Made by a program: the position numbers and the translations under genes. The notes under the pieces were generated by a model, which did not search any database, had not been told where the DNA came from, and saw nothing but the letters and a program-made list of their open reading frames with translations. A stretch of DNA of 64,000 bases from a virus. Taxonomy: Duplodnaviria; Caudoviricetes. Position 1 is the first letter of the stretch, and every line of letters starts with the position of its first letter. The stretch lies in IMG/VR virus record IMGVR_UViG_3300024259_000011; one strand, 5' to 3'. Of this stretch, positions 1-6,929 are shown in pieces.

Positions 1-40
1 CTGCTCAATCATAGGAACCTCTCTCTTTTCTTTGGTACAT

Positions 41-90
41 CTATTAGACGTATGGCGCCTTCATTTTATTCAATGAAAAGCAAAGAAAGT
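41..90 (-). promoter_or_regulatory. Repeated promoter cassette copy 1 (TTGAATAAAA-N-ACGTCTAA; ECF-sigma-like)
   Basis: Minus strand reads TTGAATAAAATGAAGGCGCCATACGTCTAATAG, followed by an AGAGAGG RBS and an ATG at 12 (gene runs off the window). Bases 58-90 are identical to 3108-3140. Confidence 0.7.
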
Positions 91-100
91 TGATCTTTTT

Positions 101-181
101 TTATGTCAGCGCCAATGTGGTGATAAGTGCCACCATAAATACCGTGACCATCATTCCAATGGTTAATAATATCGGCTTCAT
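101..181 (-). CDS. 26-aa hydrophobic peptide (single TM)
   Basis: MKPILLTIGMMVTVFMVALITTLALT*; start overlaps the stop of 178..375 and has AAGGAG upstream. Below the ORF-track cutoff. Confidence 0.5.
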   Translation of the reverse strand: MKPILLTIGMMVTVFMVALITTLALT

Positions 182-375
182 TTTACTCCTTCGCTCAACA
201 TGACAAGGTTACTAATCATGGCATAGCCCTCGCTCTTATATTCCGTAGCCGGAAGCCCATCCACATACCTGATCCAGACACCCTCTCGCTCCCACTCCTC
301 GGTGCGAACCACGATAGCCATACGATGTTTGTTCTTGCAGTGTGGCGCGATCTTTACTAAGTCACCTACTTTCAC
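178..375 (-). CDS. SH3/KOW-like miniprotein, MKVGDLV family
   Basis: GTG start, GGAGG RBS inside the upstream gene's end; VGDLV first strand plus beta-rich pattern. Confidence 0.8.
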   Translation of the reverse strand: MKVGDLVKIAPHCKNKHRMAIVVRTEEWEREGVWIRYVDGLPATEYKSEGYAMISNLVMLSEGVK

Positions 376-556
376 TGATAACCTCCAACCACTTCACGGG
401 TTCGTAATCAATGCCGCCGCCATCATTCCAAACGACTCCAACCCTAGGACGCCACCGATCTATCCGAGTGACCACATCGACAACGACACCGACACCACTG
501 AACACGATCATGCCATTCATGCCTGTGTCCATTGTTACCAAGTCACCGACTTTCAT
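362..556 (-). CDS. SH3/KOW-like miniprotein, MKVGDLV family
   Basis: MKVGDLVT...WLEVISESR*; 14-nt overlap with next gene. Confidence 0.85.
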   Translation of the reverse strand: MKVGDLVTMDTGMNGMIVFSGVGVVVDVVTRIDRWRPRVGVVWNDGGGIDYEPVKWLEVISESR

Positions 557-623
557 TCTTTTTGTCCGTCCTGTGCCAAACTATCCTCATTTGGCTCTAT
601 GTGGTTACCTTTTGTATCTTTAT

Positions 624-854
624 TCATTCTTCGTTCTTCAATAGAATTAGATCATCAAGATAATCATCACTTGTGTCTTCTGTCAACCCCATTGGGTTTC
701 CTTCTGGGATAGGTTTATCCCACTTTACTATGACGGAGTAAACACCTCTAGGTGGTCCCTCCATCTCTTCGATTTCTATAATTGTTCCTGTACCTCTGTT
801 GATACCACTATCAGGGTAGAACAAAGCATCACGAACTCTGGCACCAACTTTCAT
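624..854 (-). CDS. SH3/KOW-like miniprotein, MKVG family
   Basis: MKVGARVRD...GTIIEI...VIVKWD...LILL; same strand pattern as neighbours. Confidence 0.8.
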   Translation of the reverse strand: MKVGARVRDALFYPDSGINRGTGTIIEIEEMEGPPRGVYSVIVKWDKPIPEGNPMGLTEDTSDDYLDDLILLKNEE

Positions 855-883
855 ATTACTCTCACCAAATCACCGACTTGCAT
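851..883 (-). pseudogene. Truncated 10-codon remnant of an MQVGDLV module
   Basis: ATG CAA GTC GGT GAT TTG GTG AGA GTA ATA TGA (MQVGDLVRVI*); stop overlaps the ATG of 624..854. Confidence 0.6.
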
Positions 884-1070
884 TGATCACCTTCGCGCTG
901 TCTTTGATAGCATAGCCAACCAATGTCTTTCGACCATCAATAATAATCTCATAATCAGGTGGATAGCCAGCACCACTAGGGATCGCGGCAATAATCAAAC
1001 CGATGTTAGAGCGAAAGCCATACACACGGCAAGCTAGACTATTCATCCGAATCAAATCACCGACTTGCAC
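870..1070 (-). CDS. SH3/KOW-like miniprotein (true start GTG at 1070)
   Basis: MQVGDLIRM...KVINASR*; GGAGGT RBS before GTG 1070. The track's longer 870..1190 N-terminus overlaps another real gene. Confidence 0.8.
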   Translation of the reverse strand: MQVGDLIRMNSLACRVYGFRSNIGLIIAAIPSGAGYPPDYEIIIDGRKTLVGYAIKDSAKVINASR

Positions 1071-1212
1071 TAAGCACCTCCAAGAGTTTCGGCAGCATGT
1101 GGAAAACCATGCCATGCTGCGGGAAGCTGACGAGCCAGCCGTCACTTTCCCACGCCAAGATGACACCGATGTTACCATCCATAGTCTCACGTACCAAACT
1201 GCCGACTTTCAT
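1057..1212 (-). CDS. SH3/KOW-like miniprotein, 51 aa (not in ORF track)
   Basis: Translated by hand: MKVGSLVRETMDGNIGVILAWESDGWLVSFPQHGMVFHMLPKLLEVLSASR*. Confidence 0.8.
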   Translation of the reverse strand: MKVGSLVRETMDGNIGVILAWESDGWLVSFPQHGMVFHMLPKLLEVLSASR

Positions 1213-1562
1213 TAGTATGTCACCGAACGCTGAACGTGCAGAGCCTCAAAGCCACGCCCTCGGATATCGGCGGGATCATCCAACCCCTCGCCAAGACGAA
1301 TGAAGCGATAACCTTCGTCCTCATCCTCATCGTCGCACCAGTCCATAAAATCTTGAACCGCTTCCACTTCTTCATAGCCTTCATACCACTTCGCACCGTA
1401 CCAGTGGAACAGCACGCCGCCTTCACCATCATAATCATCTACGCGACGATCAGCGTGCTGATAACACATGGCGCGAGTCTCGGGACTCTTAGCCAGAGTG
1501 ACTAGAAACTGGGGCAGTACCTCTTTGCTGACTGCCAAAACTACTTCAGAACGATAACCCAT
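1212..1562 (-). CDS. Hypothetical phage protein (MGYRSEV type), first gene after promoter cassette
   Basis: 116-aa ORF with GAGAGG RBS directly after promoter copy 2. Confidence 0.75.
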   Translation of the reverse strand: MGYRSEVVLAVSKEVLPQFLVTLAKSPETRAMCYQHADRRVDDYDGEGGVLFHWYGAKWYEGYEEVEAVQDFMDWCDDEDEDEGYRFIRLGEGLDDPADIRGRGFEALHVQRSVTY

Positions 1563-1587
1563 GCAAACCTCTCTCTTTGTTGCTCAT

Positions 1588-1620
1588 ATATTAGACGTAC
1601 AGCCTTCATGTTTTATTCAA
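1588..1620 (-). promoter_or_regulatory. Repeated promoter cassette copy 2
   Basis: TTGAATAAAACATGAAGGCTGTACGTCTAATAT, then GAGCAACAAAGAGAGAGG RBS. Confidence 0.7.
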
Positions 1621-1894
1621 TCTTTCTTAAAGAAAGTTGATCTTTCTGCGCACTTACGATCTCCAAGCTGTTCATGGCAAAGTTTCTTATCAACCTGCCA
1701 TTGAACCAAAGCACATCAACCGTGCCGCCTCCGAGTAGTTTTGACCAGTTGCCGTTACGACTGACCTTCATTTCCTCTGGCAAATCACGAATCGCTACAA
1801 CCATTCCCATCACTCTAGACGGAGGCATGGGCTTGCCGCCCTTGTGCAGATTTATTACTCTGTTACCTTGTCTTACTAAATCACCGACTTTCAT
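1613..1894 (-). CDS. SH3/KOW-like miniprotein, MKVGDLV family
   Basis: MKVGDLVRQ...GMVVAI...VDVLW...LEIVSA; C-terminus reads into the promoter cassette. Confidence 0.8.
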   Translation of the reverse strand: MKVGDLVRQGNRVINLHKGGKPMPPSRVMGMVVAIRDLPEEMKVSRNGNWSKLLGGGTVDVLWFNGRLIRNFAMNSLEIVSAQKDQLSLRKIE

Positions 1895-2087
1895 TGATCA
1901 CCCTCAAGTGTGTACTTTTCTGCGTAATCGGGTAGGGCGCTGGAGCGCCCGATCCCATCCACAAAACTTTAACGTCGGTGTTGCCTGTGTACTTTCCAGT
2001 TTCGACAACCAGACCAACATCAATGGATAGACCTTTGCGCTCCCGCGCTGCCTGAAACGCATACGATACCAGATCACCTACTTGCAC
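1881..2087 (-). CDS. SH3/KOW-like miniprotein, MQVGDLV family
   Basis: MQVGDLVS...VGLVVE...VKVLW...LRVINESR*. Confidence 0.85.
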   Translation of the reverse strand: MQVGDLVSYAFQAARERKGLSIDVGLVVETGKYTGNTDVKVLWMGSGAPAPYPITQKSTHLRVINESR

Positions 2088-2250
2088 TGATCACCTCCAC
2101 ATCATCTGGGTCAGCAAGTTGTTCGCGTCCAATGCCCAGCAGGATTCTCCAATAATAAGAACCGCCCTCAAAATCGTAAGTTCCCACGATTATGCCTACG
2201 GCATATTGTCCCAGCTTCCTCTTTACTCTCACCAGATCACCGACTTTCAT
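2074..2250 (-). CDS. SH3/KOW-like miniprotein, 58 aa (not in ORF track)
   Basis: Translated by hand: MKVGDLVRVKRKLGQYAVGIIVGTYDFEGGSYYWRILLGIGREQLADPDDVEVISASR*. Confidence 0.85.
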   Translation of the reverse strand: MKVGDLVRVKRKLGQYAVGIIVGTYDFEGGSYYWRILLGIGREQLADPDDVEVISASR

Positions 2251-2440
2251 TGATTATCTCCAGTTGATCCAGCGGGGTTGAATACTCTGCCCCATCCCAC
2301 AACACATATCCGCGAGTGATAACCGTCCAGCCTTCCGAATCCAGATCGGTAGCGTAAGTATCATCACGGACGTAAATGCCCACAACAGATTTCTCGTAGC
2401 CCGTTGGAAAGTTTACTAATACCAAATCACCGACTTGCAT
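2237..2440 (-). CDS. SH3/KOW-like miniprotein, MQVGDLV family
   Basis: MQVGDLVLV...VGIYV...YVLWDG...LEIINESR*. Confidence 0.85.
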   Translation of the reverse strand: MQVGDLVLVNFPTGYEKSVVGIYVRDDTYATDLDSEGWTVITRGYVLWDGAEYSTPLDQLEIINESR

Positions 2441-2609
2441 TGATTACCTCCAGCAAGTGCGGGAACACATACCTTGAACCGCTAGCAAACAAAACTTTGG
2501 CAGCGGTGGAAGGTGAATCGGACACAGGTGAGGTGAAGCCGATCACCAAGCCAACAGATCCATCATGATCCATAAGAGTCGGCGCTTTTACTAAATCACC
2601 GACTTTCAC
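2427..2609 (-). CDS. SH3/KOW-like miniprotein, MKVGDLV family
   Basis: MKVGDLVK...VGLVIG...KVLF...LEVINASR*. Confidence 0.85.
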   Translation of the reverse strand: MKVGDLVKAPTLMDHDGSVGLVIGFTSPVSDSPSTAAKVLFASGSRYVFPHLLEVINASR

Positions 2610-3064
2610 GATACCAACTCCAAGTCACGGGTGCTCAAGCCGACGCTGCCGATGTTCTGAACGCCAAGCCAACTAATGTCACAAACATCACTGCGTTCCT
2701 TGACAACCAAGCCAGTCACACCAGCAAAGCCCCAACGCATAGCACGCTTGTTCTGCTTGCCACGAACCAGTTGACCCACGCTGAACTTGCAAGGTGGTGC
2801 CTTCATCGAGTGAAGCAGTTGTGTCAGGTTACTGCGGAACGAACCAGCAAAGTAATCGCTCTGCATATCAGAGTGATCGTTAGAGCGACGGCGATGCCAG
2901 TTGCATGCATCGTGTTCCATCGCAGAGGCTCTGTCACCGGAGTGACCGTTCGCAAGGAACGATCCGATCTCGTTTTCGTATCCCCACCAGAATCGGCTTC
3001 CGTCATACTGGACTACGACACCTAGGTACTTCTCGATCTTCTTGATTGCTGACTTGACTTTCAT
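2606..3064 (-). CDS. Hypothetical protein with C-terminal SH3/KOW-like domain
   Basis: C-terminal FSVGQLVRG...GLVV...ISW...LELVS*; first gene after promoter copy 3. Confidence 0.75.
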   Translation of the reverse strand: MKVKSAIKKIEKYLGVVVQYDGSRFWWGYENEIGSFLANGHSGDRASAMEHDACNWHRRRSNDHSDMQSDYFAGSFRSNLTQLLHSMKAPPCKFSVGQLVRGKQNKRAMRWGFAGVTGLVVKERSDVCDISWLGVQNIGSVGLSTRDLELVS

Positions 3065-3088
3065 GCTTGAACCTCTCTTTGTTGCTCA

Positions 3089-3140
3089 CTATATTAGACG
3101 TGCTAGCCCTTCATTTTATTCAATGAAAAGCAAAGAAAGT
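3089..3140 (-). promoter_or_regulatory. Repeated promoter cassette copy 3
   Basis: TTGAATAAAATGAAGGGCTAGCACGTCTAATATAG, then AACAAAGAGAGG RBS. Confidence 0.7.
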
Positions 3141-3386
3141 CTAAAAAAGATCGCGAATGTGCGTAAACTTCTTGGGCGGGTCCACAACGATAAGCGCGCC
3201 GCGATTGCGATCCGACTCCTCATAAGCATCTAAATCAAATCTAGATAGAACCTGTCTCACCAAATCCTTCATTCTCTGAGAGTTTCCAGTAATGATTTTG
3301 AATGGGGCTTCGGTTCTATGAGCAAAGGCTATCACTTGTGTTTCTACGTTCTCATGTTTTACGCCATGCAAGTCAAGCGTTTTCAT
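3141..3386 (-). CDS. Stand-alone Smr (small MutS-related) domain protein
   Basis: MKTLDLHG...FKIITGNS...G pattern; start moved to ATG 3386 to avoid overlap with the methylase. Confidence 0.65.
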   Translation of the reverse strand: MKTLDLHGVKHENVETQVIAFAHRTEAPFKIITGNSQRMKDLVRQVLSRFDLDAYEESDRNRGALIVVDPPKKFTHIRDLF

Positions 3387-3390
3387 TTTG

Positions 3391-4275
3391 TCATCCAAGG
3401 TTAATGTTTCCAATCATCAGAATCTCTCTCGCTTTCTTTGCGGTGAAGGTTCCATCGTCATGCTTCTTTCTGCGTCCTGCCGTATAGGTCACGTCAAAAT
3501 ACACTATCTTGTTGTCGCCTGTCCGGTCCTCAAAGAACCCATCGCCCACATCACGGTTAGACATGATGGCGTATGCACCCAACTCCTTAGAATCATTGAG
3601 GAATCCAATCACTCGCTGTTGCATGCTGTCATCAAAGTTCACACCATACTGAGTGAATGAGCCGCGATAGGGAGGGTCGAGAAACACAAAGGCATTTTGA
3701 TGGGTCAGTTCATGGCGCGTCTTTGCCAACACACGCCCAAAGTCACCGGACAGCAGCGTGCATCGTTGCAGTGCATGGTGCCACTCCATCACATTATCAC
3801 GGTCATAAACCTTGTCTTTCTGGTTCAACAGCCCGCTCGGAGTACCAAACCGACCATTCGTATTCTGGTTGATCTGCCAGATACCATTGAATCCTGTTTT
3901 CATCAGAAAGTATAATGTTGCAGCCTCGTCAGTCTCCGTCCACTTCTCATAATCGTAGGCATGTTCGTGTCGTAAAGCATAATAAAGCTCTTTGCGCTCG
4001 GGTTTGTCCAATGGCAGATAGCGATCCGAAAGATGGTCTAGCCTGTCGATGAACAACTCAACATCATGCTTGACAGCAGTATAAATCTGCATGATTGACT
4101 CATTGTAATCATTCAGTACAAACTTAGCCTTTGGGTTCTTCTGGTATGCCCACACAAACATAGCGCCTGCACCGACGAACGGTTCAACATACAGGTCAAA
4201 CGTATCTGGTAGATGTTCGGTATACTTTTTAATCATGCGAGTCTTACCACCCGCCCACATAAACAATGGCTTCAT
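3391..4275 (-). CDS. dam: DNA adenine methyltransferase, Dam/D12 class
   Basis: N-terminal WAGGK, EPFVGAGA (motif I), DPPY (motif IV). Confidence 0.9.
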   Translation of the reverse strand: MKPLFMWAGGKTRMIKKYTEHLPDTFDLYVEPFVGAGAMFVWAYQKNPKAKFVLNDYNESIMQIYTAVKHDVELFIDRLDHLSDRYLPLDKPERKELYYALRHEHAYDYEKWTETDEAATLYFLMKTGFNGIWQINQNTNGRFGTPSGLLNQKDKVYDRDNVMEWHHALQRCTLLSGDFGRVLAKTRHELTHQNAFVFLDPPYRGSFTQYGVNFDDSMQQRVIGFLNDSKELGAYAIMSNRDVGDGFFEDRTGDNKIVYFDVTYTAGRRKKHDDGTFTAKKAREILMIGNINLG

Positions 4276-4769
4276 ACAATCTCCATGATTCTTGCAGCGA
4301 CCTCACTAATGTTCGCATGCTTAGGTTCCATTATAGCATAGTTTGACTCACAAAGCAATAGGTTGATCTCATCTTGATACTTCTGACCTTGGAACGTTTT
4401 ACCTGAAAACACTAGAAAGAAAGGGCTGTCCACTGTGTTGTGTTCTTCTCTCACCTTGCGTTGCAGTGGCTCAGACAAGAATTTATACACACGCTCATGG
4501 GCGTTGCCTCCATTGTTCCCTGCTTTGTTCTCAATGAAAAGGCACTTGCCTGTCTTTGTATTGGTGACCTTGGAATCCAGCTTGATCCCCCTGCCCTCGG
4601 TATAGATCACCAGCTTTGGCGGCTGGTGGTGGACCGTGTAATGACTTGGCAAATGCTTTGCCAACGCAAATGCGAAAGTTTCTTCGCCAGCGGTGCCAAC
4701 TTGATTAGCTTCAAGCTGCCAGTTTTCCCTGCTAGACAAATAATGCGGCGGCTGATCATGGTAGCTCAC
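4272..4769 (-). CDS. PD-(D/E)xK nuclease, MunI-like type II restriction endonuclease candidate
   Basis: GEETF...LD...FIENK...GNAHER; the GNAHER stretch recalls the MunI family; coupled (ATGA overlap) to the methylase. Confidence 0.55.
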   Translation of the reverse strand: MSYHDQPPHYLSSRENWQLEANQVGTAGEETFAFALAKHLPSHYTVHHQPPKLVIYTEGRGIKLDSKVTNTKTGKCLFIENKAGNNGGNAHERVYKFLSEPLQRKVREEHNTVDSPFFLVFSGKTFQGQKYQDEINLLLCESNYAIMEPKHANISEVAARIMEIV

Positions 4770-5004
4770 TTGTAGCTCCTAAGTTTAATGTTTCTTCGTG
4801 TACATCGAGCACTTCACCAGTTTGCAGCATGCTGATTGTCCATCCTATCTCGGATGGCCACGCCTCGGGACACAGGCTATACATCTTAAATTCCTCTCCA
4901 GTCCTGATAGGATCTGGAATCTCACACTGCGCTAGCAACAGTACTGGACCTTGATCCAGCCAGTTATATACTCGCCCTGCCTTATATTTTGTCTTGTGTT
5001 TCAC
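4756..5004 (-). CDS. Hypothetical protein (GTG start at 5004)
   Basis: Start sits in a junction half-repeat GGAGGTTATCAGTGAAA. Confidence 0.6.
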   Translation of the reverse strand: MKHKTKYKAGRVYNWLDQGPVLLLAQCEIPDPIRTGEEFKMYSLCPEAWPSEIGWTISMLQTGEVLDVHEETLNLGATSELP

Positions 5005-5212
5005 TGATAACCTCCAAATGTTTGAACCCAAAGTCTGACCATGGCGTAGTTCGACCGGCGAATTTCACCGGTGCAATCCAGCGAATTCGGGCATGCTGAT
5101 CGCCATCAGAGCCGCATGCAGTATACTGAACAACCAGACCAACTGCTCCGATAAAATCTTTATAAACGTAACCCTTTGAGGGTCCAACATATTTGACTAA
5201 TGTGCCGATCAT
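4982..5212 (-). CDS. SH3/KOW-like miniprotein (MIGTLV...LEVISE)
   Basis: Same strand pattern and EVISE end as the array members. Confidence 0.7.
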   Translation of the reverse strand: MIGTLVKYVGPSKGYVYKDFIGAVGLVVQYTACGSDGDQHARIRWIAPVKFAGRTTPWSDFGFKHLEVISETQDKI

Positions 5213-5517
5213 GACTTATTCACCATCAACAGGGGAAAACCTGCGGGCAAGCCGCCCTCCACCATGCCGCCATGCTTCGCGATAACGTTAATGATGACTT
5301 GACGCGGAACCCAGCCATACACAGTATCGGTCGGCTTGTTCGGCGACTCACAGTACTCCATTAGCATCGGCTCACGCTCGCTCGGGAACCCGACCTCTGC
5401 TTCTGTGTAAAAGTCTGCGTTGTTCACGCGGGGCGTGCAGTATGATCCCTCATGGGCTTGCACACTCATGCTGAAGCCATCGGCGCATACTATCAAACTA
5501 TTTCTCTTTGTGCTCAT
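5209..5517 (-). CDS. Hypothetical phage protein
   Basis: MSTKRNSLIVCADGFSMSVQA...; likely start ATG 5517. Confidence 0.65.
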   Translation of the reverse strand: MSTKRNSLIVCADGFSMSVQAHEGSYCTPRVNNADFYTEAEVGFPSEREPMLMEYCESPNKPTDTVYGWVPRQVIINVIAKHGGMVEGGLPAGFPLLMVNKS

Positions 5518-5737
5518 TCTTCTCTGCCTTTTCCAAGAACATTTCATGGAAATTAAGTGTTTGTCCGTTTGTCATCCACAGCTTATAGATGGATGTAAAC
5601 TTTATGTGTGGGTCGCGCCGTGGACCCATTTGATCTTTTACTTCTTCAATGATTAAGCCCATACGACTATCGGGCAACTTCTCATCATGCGTACCATCCT
5701 TGATACGCACCAAATCTCCAACCTTAAACTTTTTCAT
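5498..5737 (-). CDS. SH3/KOW-like miniprotein (MKKFKVGDLV)
   Basis: KVGDLVRI...GLII...YKLW...; start ATG 5737. Confidence 0.75.
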   Translation of the reverse strand: MKKFKVGDLVRIKDGTHDEKLPDSRMGLIIEEVKDQMGPRRDPHIKFTSIYKLWMTNGQTLNFHEMFLEKAEKNEHKEK

Positions 5738-5979
5738 CAGCTTTTCTCTACCGTGGCTAGCCGACAATCCGCAACGTTGCAAAGAACGATGTTGCTAAAA
5801 TCAGTCAACGGACGAACCTTTGCAATCGAAAGTCCCACCTCAACAATGATACCGTGCGACTCTTTTTCTTCGTATTCCTGCGGGTTCGATGAGGCATAGT
5901 GGGTAAATGCCACCATGTCGCCAGCACTGAATCGCGGTTCAGTTGAAAGGTTATTAATATTAGCTTTGTGCTTCTTCAT
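5737..5979 (-). CDS. SH3/KOW-like miniprotein (FSAGDMV)
   Basis: GDMVAF...GIIVEV...KVR pattern. Confidence 0.6.
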   Translation of the reverse strand: MKKHKANINNLSTEPRFSAGDMVAFTHYASSNPQEYEEKESHGIIVEVGLSIAKVRPLTDFSNIVLCNVADCRLATVEKS

Positions 5980-6226
5980 AGCCGCTTAGTAACTTCACAT
6001 TATGCGAATGCACATTGTAATAAGACCTGCCTTGCGACAAGACCTTGAGTATTTGATAGTACGGACTACAACCGTCTGGTAGGCTTCCGCCAGTCGAGAA
6101 AAGGTTAATACAGTGCCAGTGAGATGCCTTCAGCACAACTGCCTGCCCATTGGGGCATGGTATAAACATTTCTTTGTCCACATGCTGTACGTGGATCAGA
6201 TCTCCTTTCTGGTATGCTCTCTGCAC
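5960..6226 (-). CDS. SH3/KOW-like miniprotein (YQKGDLI), GTG start at 6226
   Basis: GGAGG RBS before GTG 6226; GDLIHV...AVVL...VKLL. Confidence 0.55.
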   Translation of the reverse strand: MQRAYQKGDLIHVQHVDKEMFIPCPNGQAVVLKASHWHCINLFSTGGSLPDGCSPYYQILKVLSQGRSYYNVHSHNVKLLSGYEEAQS

Positions 6227-6459
6227 TAAGCCTCCGCGATGATGCAACCGGGAACACTCACGATTGCCGAGAACAGATTCTCGATTTGGAAGCGCTCTGC
6301 CATGCCCTCTGGCGAGTCAGGATCATCAATGGCAGCGAGCTTTTCGACCGCCATCGCCCATACAGAGTGTTGAGTGACATTATCACCGAACTCAGCGGCT
6401 CGCACAATCGCAGCTTCAAAGGGAGTAAGATTAGTTTCGATTTCTTCCATGTTATTCAC
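6226..6459 (-). CDS. Hypothetical protein
   Basis: 77-aa ORF coupled to neighbours by stop/start overlaps. Confidence 0.6.
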   Translation of the reverse strand: MNNMEEIETNLTPFEAAIVRAAEFGDNVTQHSVWAMAVEKLAAIDDPDSPEGMAERFQIENLFSAIVSVPGCIIAEA

Positions 6460-6818
6460 CGTGCGTACACAACGCCATATGGGGTTACAGACTTTAGACC
6501 ATTCGCGCCGTCGTTGACGTATCCACGAATAGCGGAGTTGCCCTTTGTATAAGGGGCTTTATAGGTTGCAGCCTTAAAGATTGCACCATCGGACTTGCGA
6601 ACAAACCCATACACAGAGCACTGACGACCACCGCCATGCTCTACCGGATCTTGCTTGACAACCTTCCAATAAGTCCGACCGGGGTGGACGGCTATCTCGG
6701 GCGGTGTCAGCATCGCATAGTTTTTGGCGAAATGCTCATTGACCATGACCTGAACGCCCTTTACGAAGGTGTCAAAGGCATATTCAATTTCTTCTGGACT
6801 TCTCTTGTTAAGCTGCAT
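6456..6818 (-). CDS. Hypothetical phage protein (YWKVV...SVYGFV...GAIFKAATYKAP)
   Basis: AAGGAG RBS; first gene after promoter copy 4. Confidence 0.75.
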   Translation of the reverse strand: MQLNKRSPEEIEYAFDTFVKGVQVMVNEHFAKNYAMLTPPEIAVHPGRTYWKVVKQDPVEHGGGRQCSVYGFVRKSDGAIFKAATYKAPYTKGNSAIRGYVNDGANGLKSVTPYGVVYAR

Positions 6819-6842
6819 GTAACTCTCCTTTCTTTGTTGTTC

Positions 6843-6892
6843 ACTATATTAGACGTATGGGGCTTTCATTTTATTCAATGAAAAGCAAAGAA
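6843..6892 (-). promoter_or_regulatory. Repeated promoter cassette copy 4
   Basis: TTGAATAAAATGAAAGCCCCATACGTCTAATATAG. Confidence 0.7.
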
Positions 6893-6929
6893 AAATCAAC
6901 TTTTTCCGGAGGCTCTTTGTCGTCGGAGG

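Larger units (their letters stand above)
362..2612 (-). repeat. Dispersed ~28-bp gene-junction repeat GGAGGT(G/T/A)ATCA(A/G)TG(A/C)AAGT(C/A)GGTGAYYTRGT
   Basis: Copies with their TGA near 362, 543 (3' half only), 870, 1057, 1881, 2074, 2237, 2427, 2596; 5' half only at about 5001-5015. Period 163-193 bp within runs. Confidence 0.9.

Noticed and set aside
555-627. 24-codon ORF between 624..854 and 362..556
   Set aside because: It overlaps both neighbours by ATGA and could be a coupling peptide, but it is too short and featureless to call.
178-2609. Diversity-generating retroelement or integron as the source of module diversity
   Set aside because: No reverse transcriptase, no template/variable repeat pair differing only at adenines, no tyrosine integrase and no attC-like hairpins are visible in the window; such genes could lie outside it.
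362-2612. CRISPR array interpretation of the periodic ~28-bp repeat
   Set aside because: The spacing (163-193 bp) is far too long, the intervals are intact ORFs, the repeats are degenerate and non-palindromic, and no cas genes are present.
4272-4769. Site avoidance for the MunI-like nuclease
   Set aside because: CAATTG occurs at least three times (20190, 33519, 35162).
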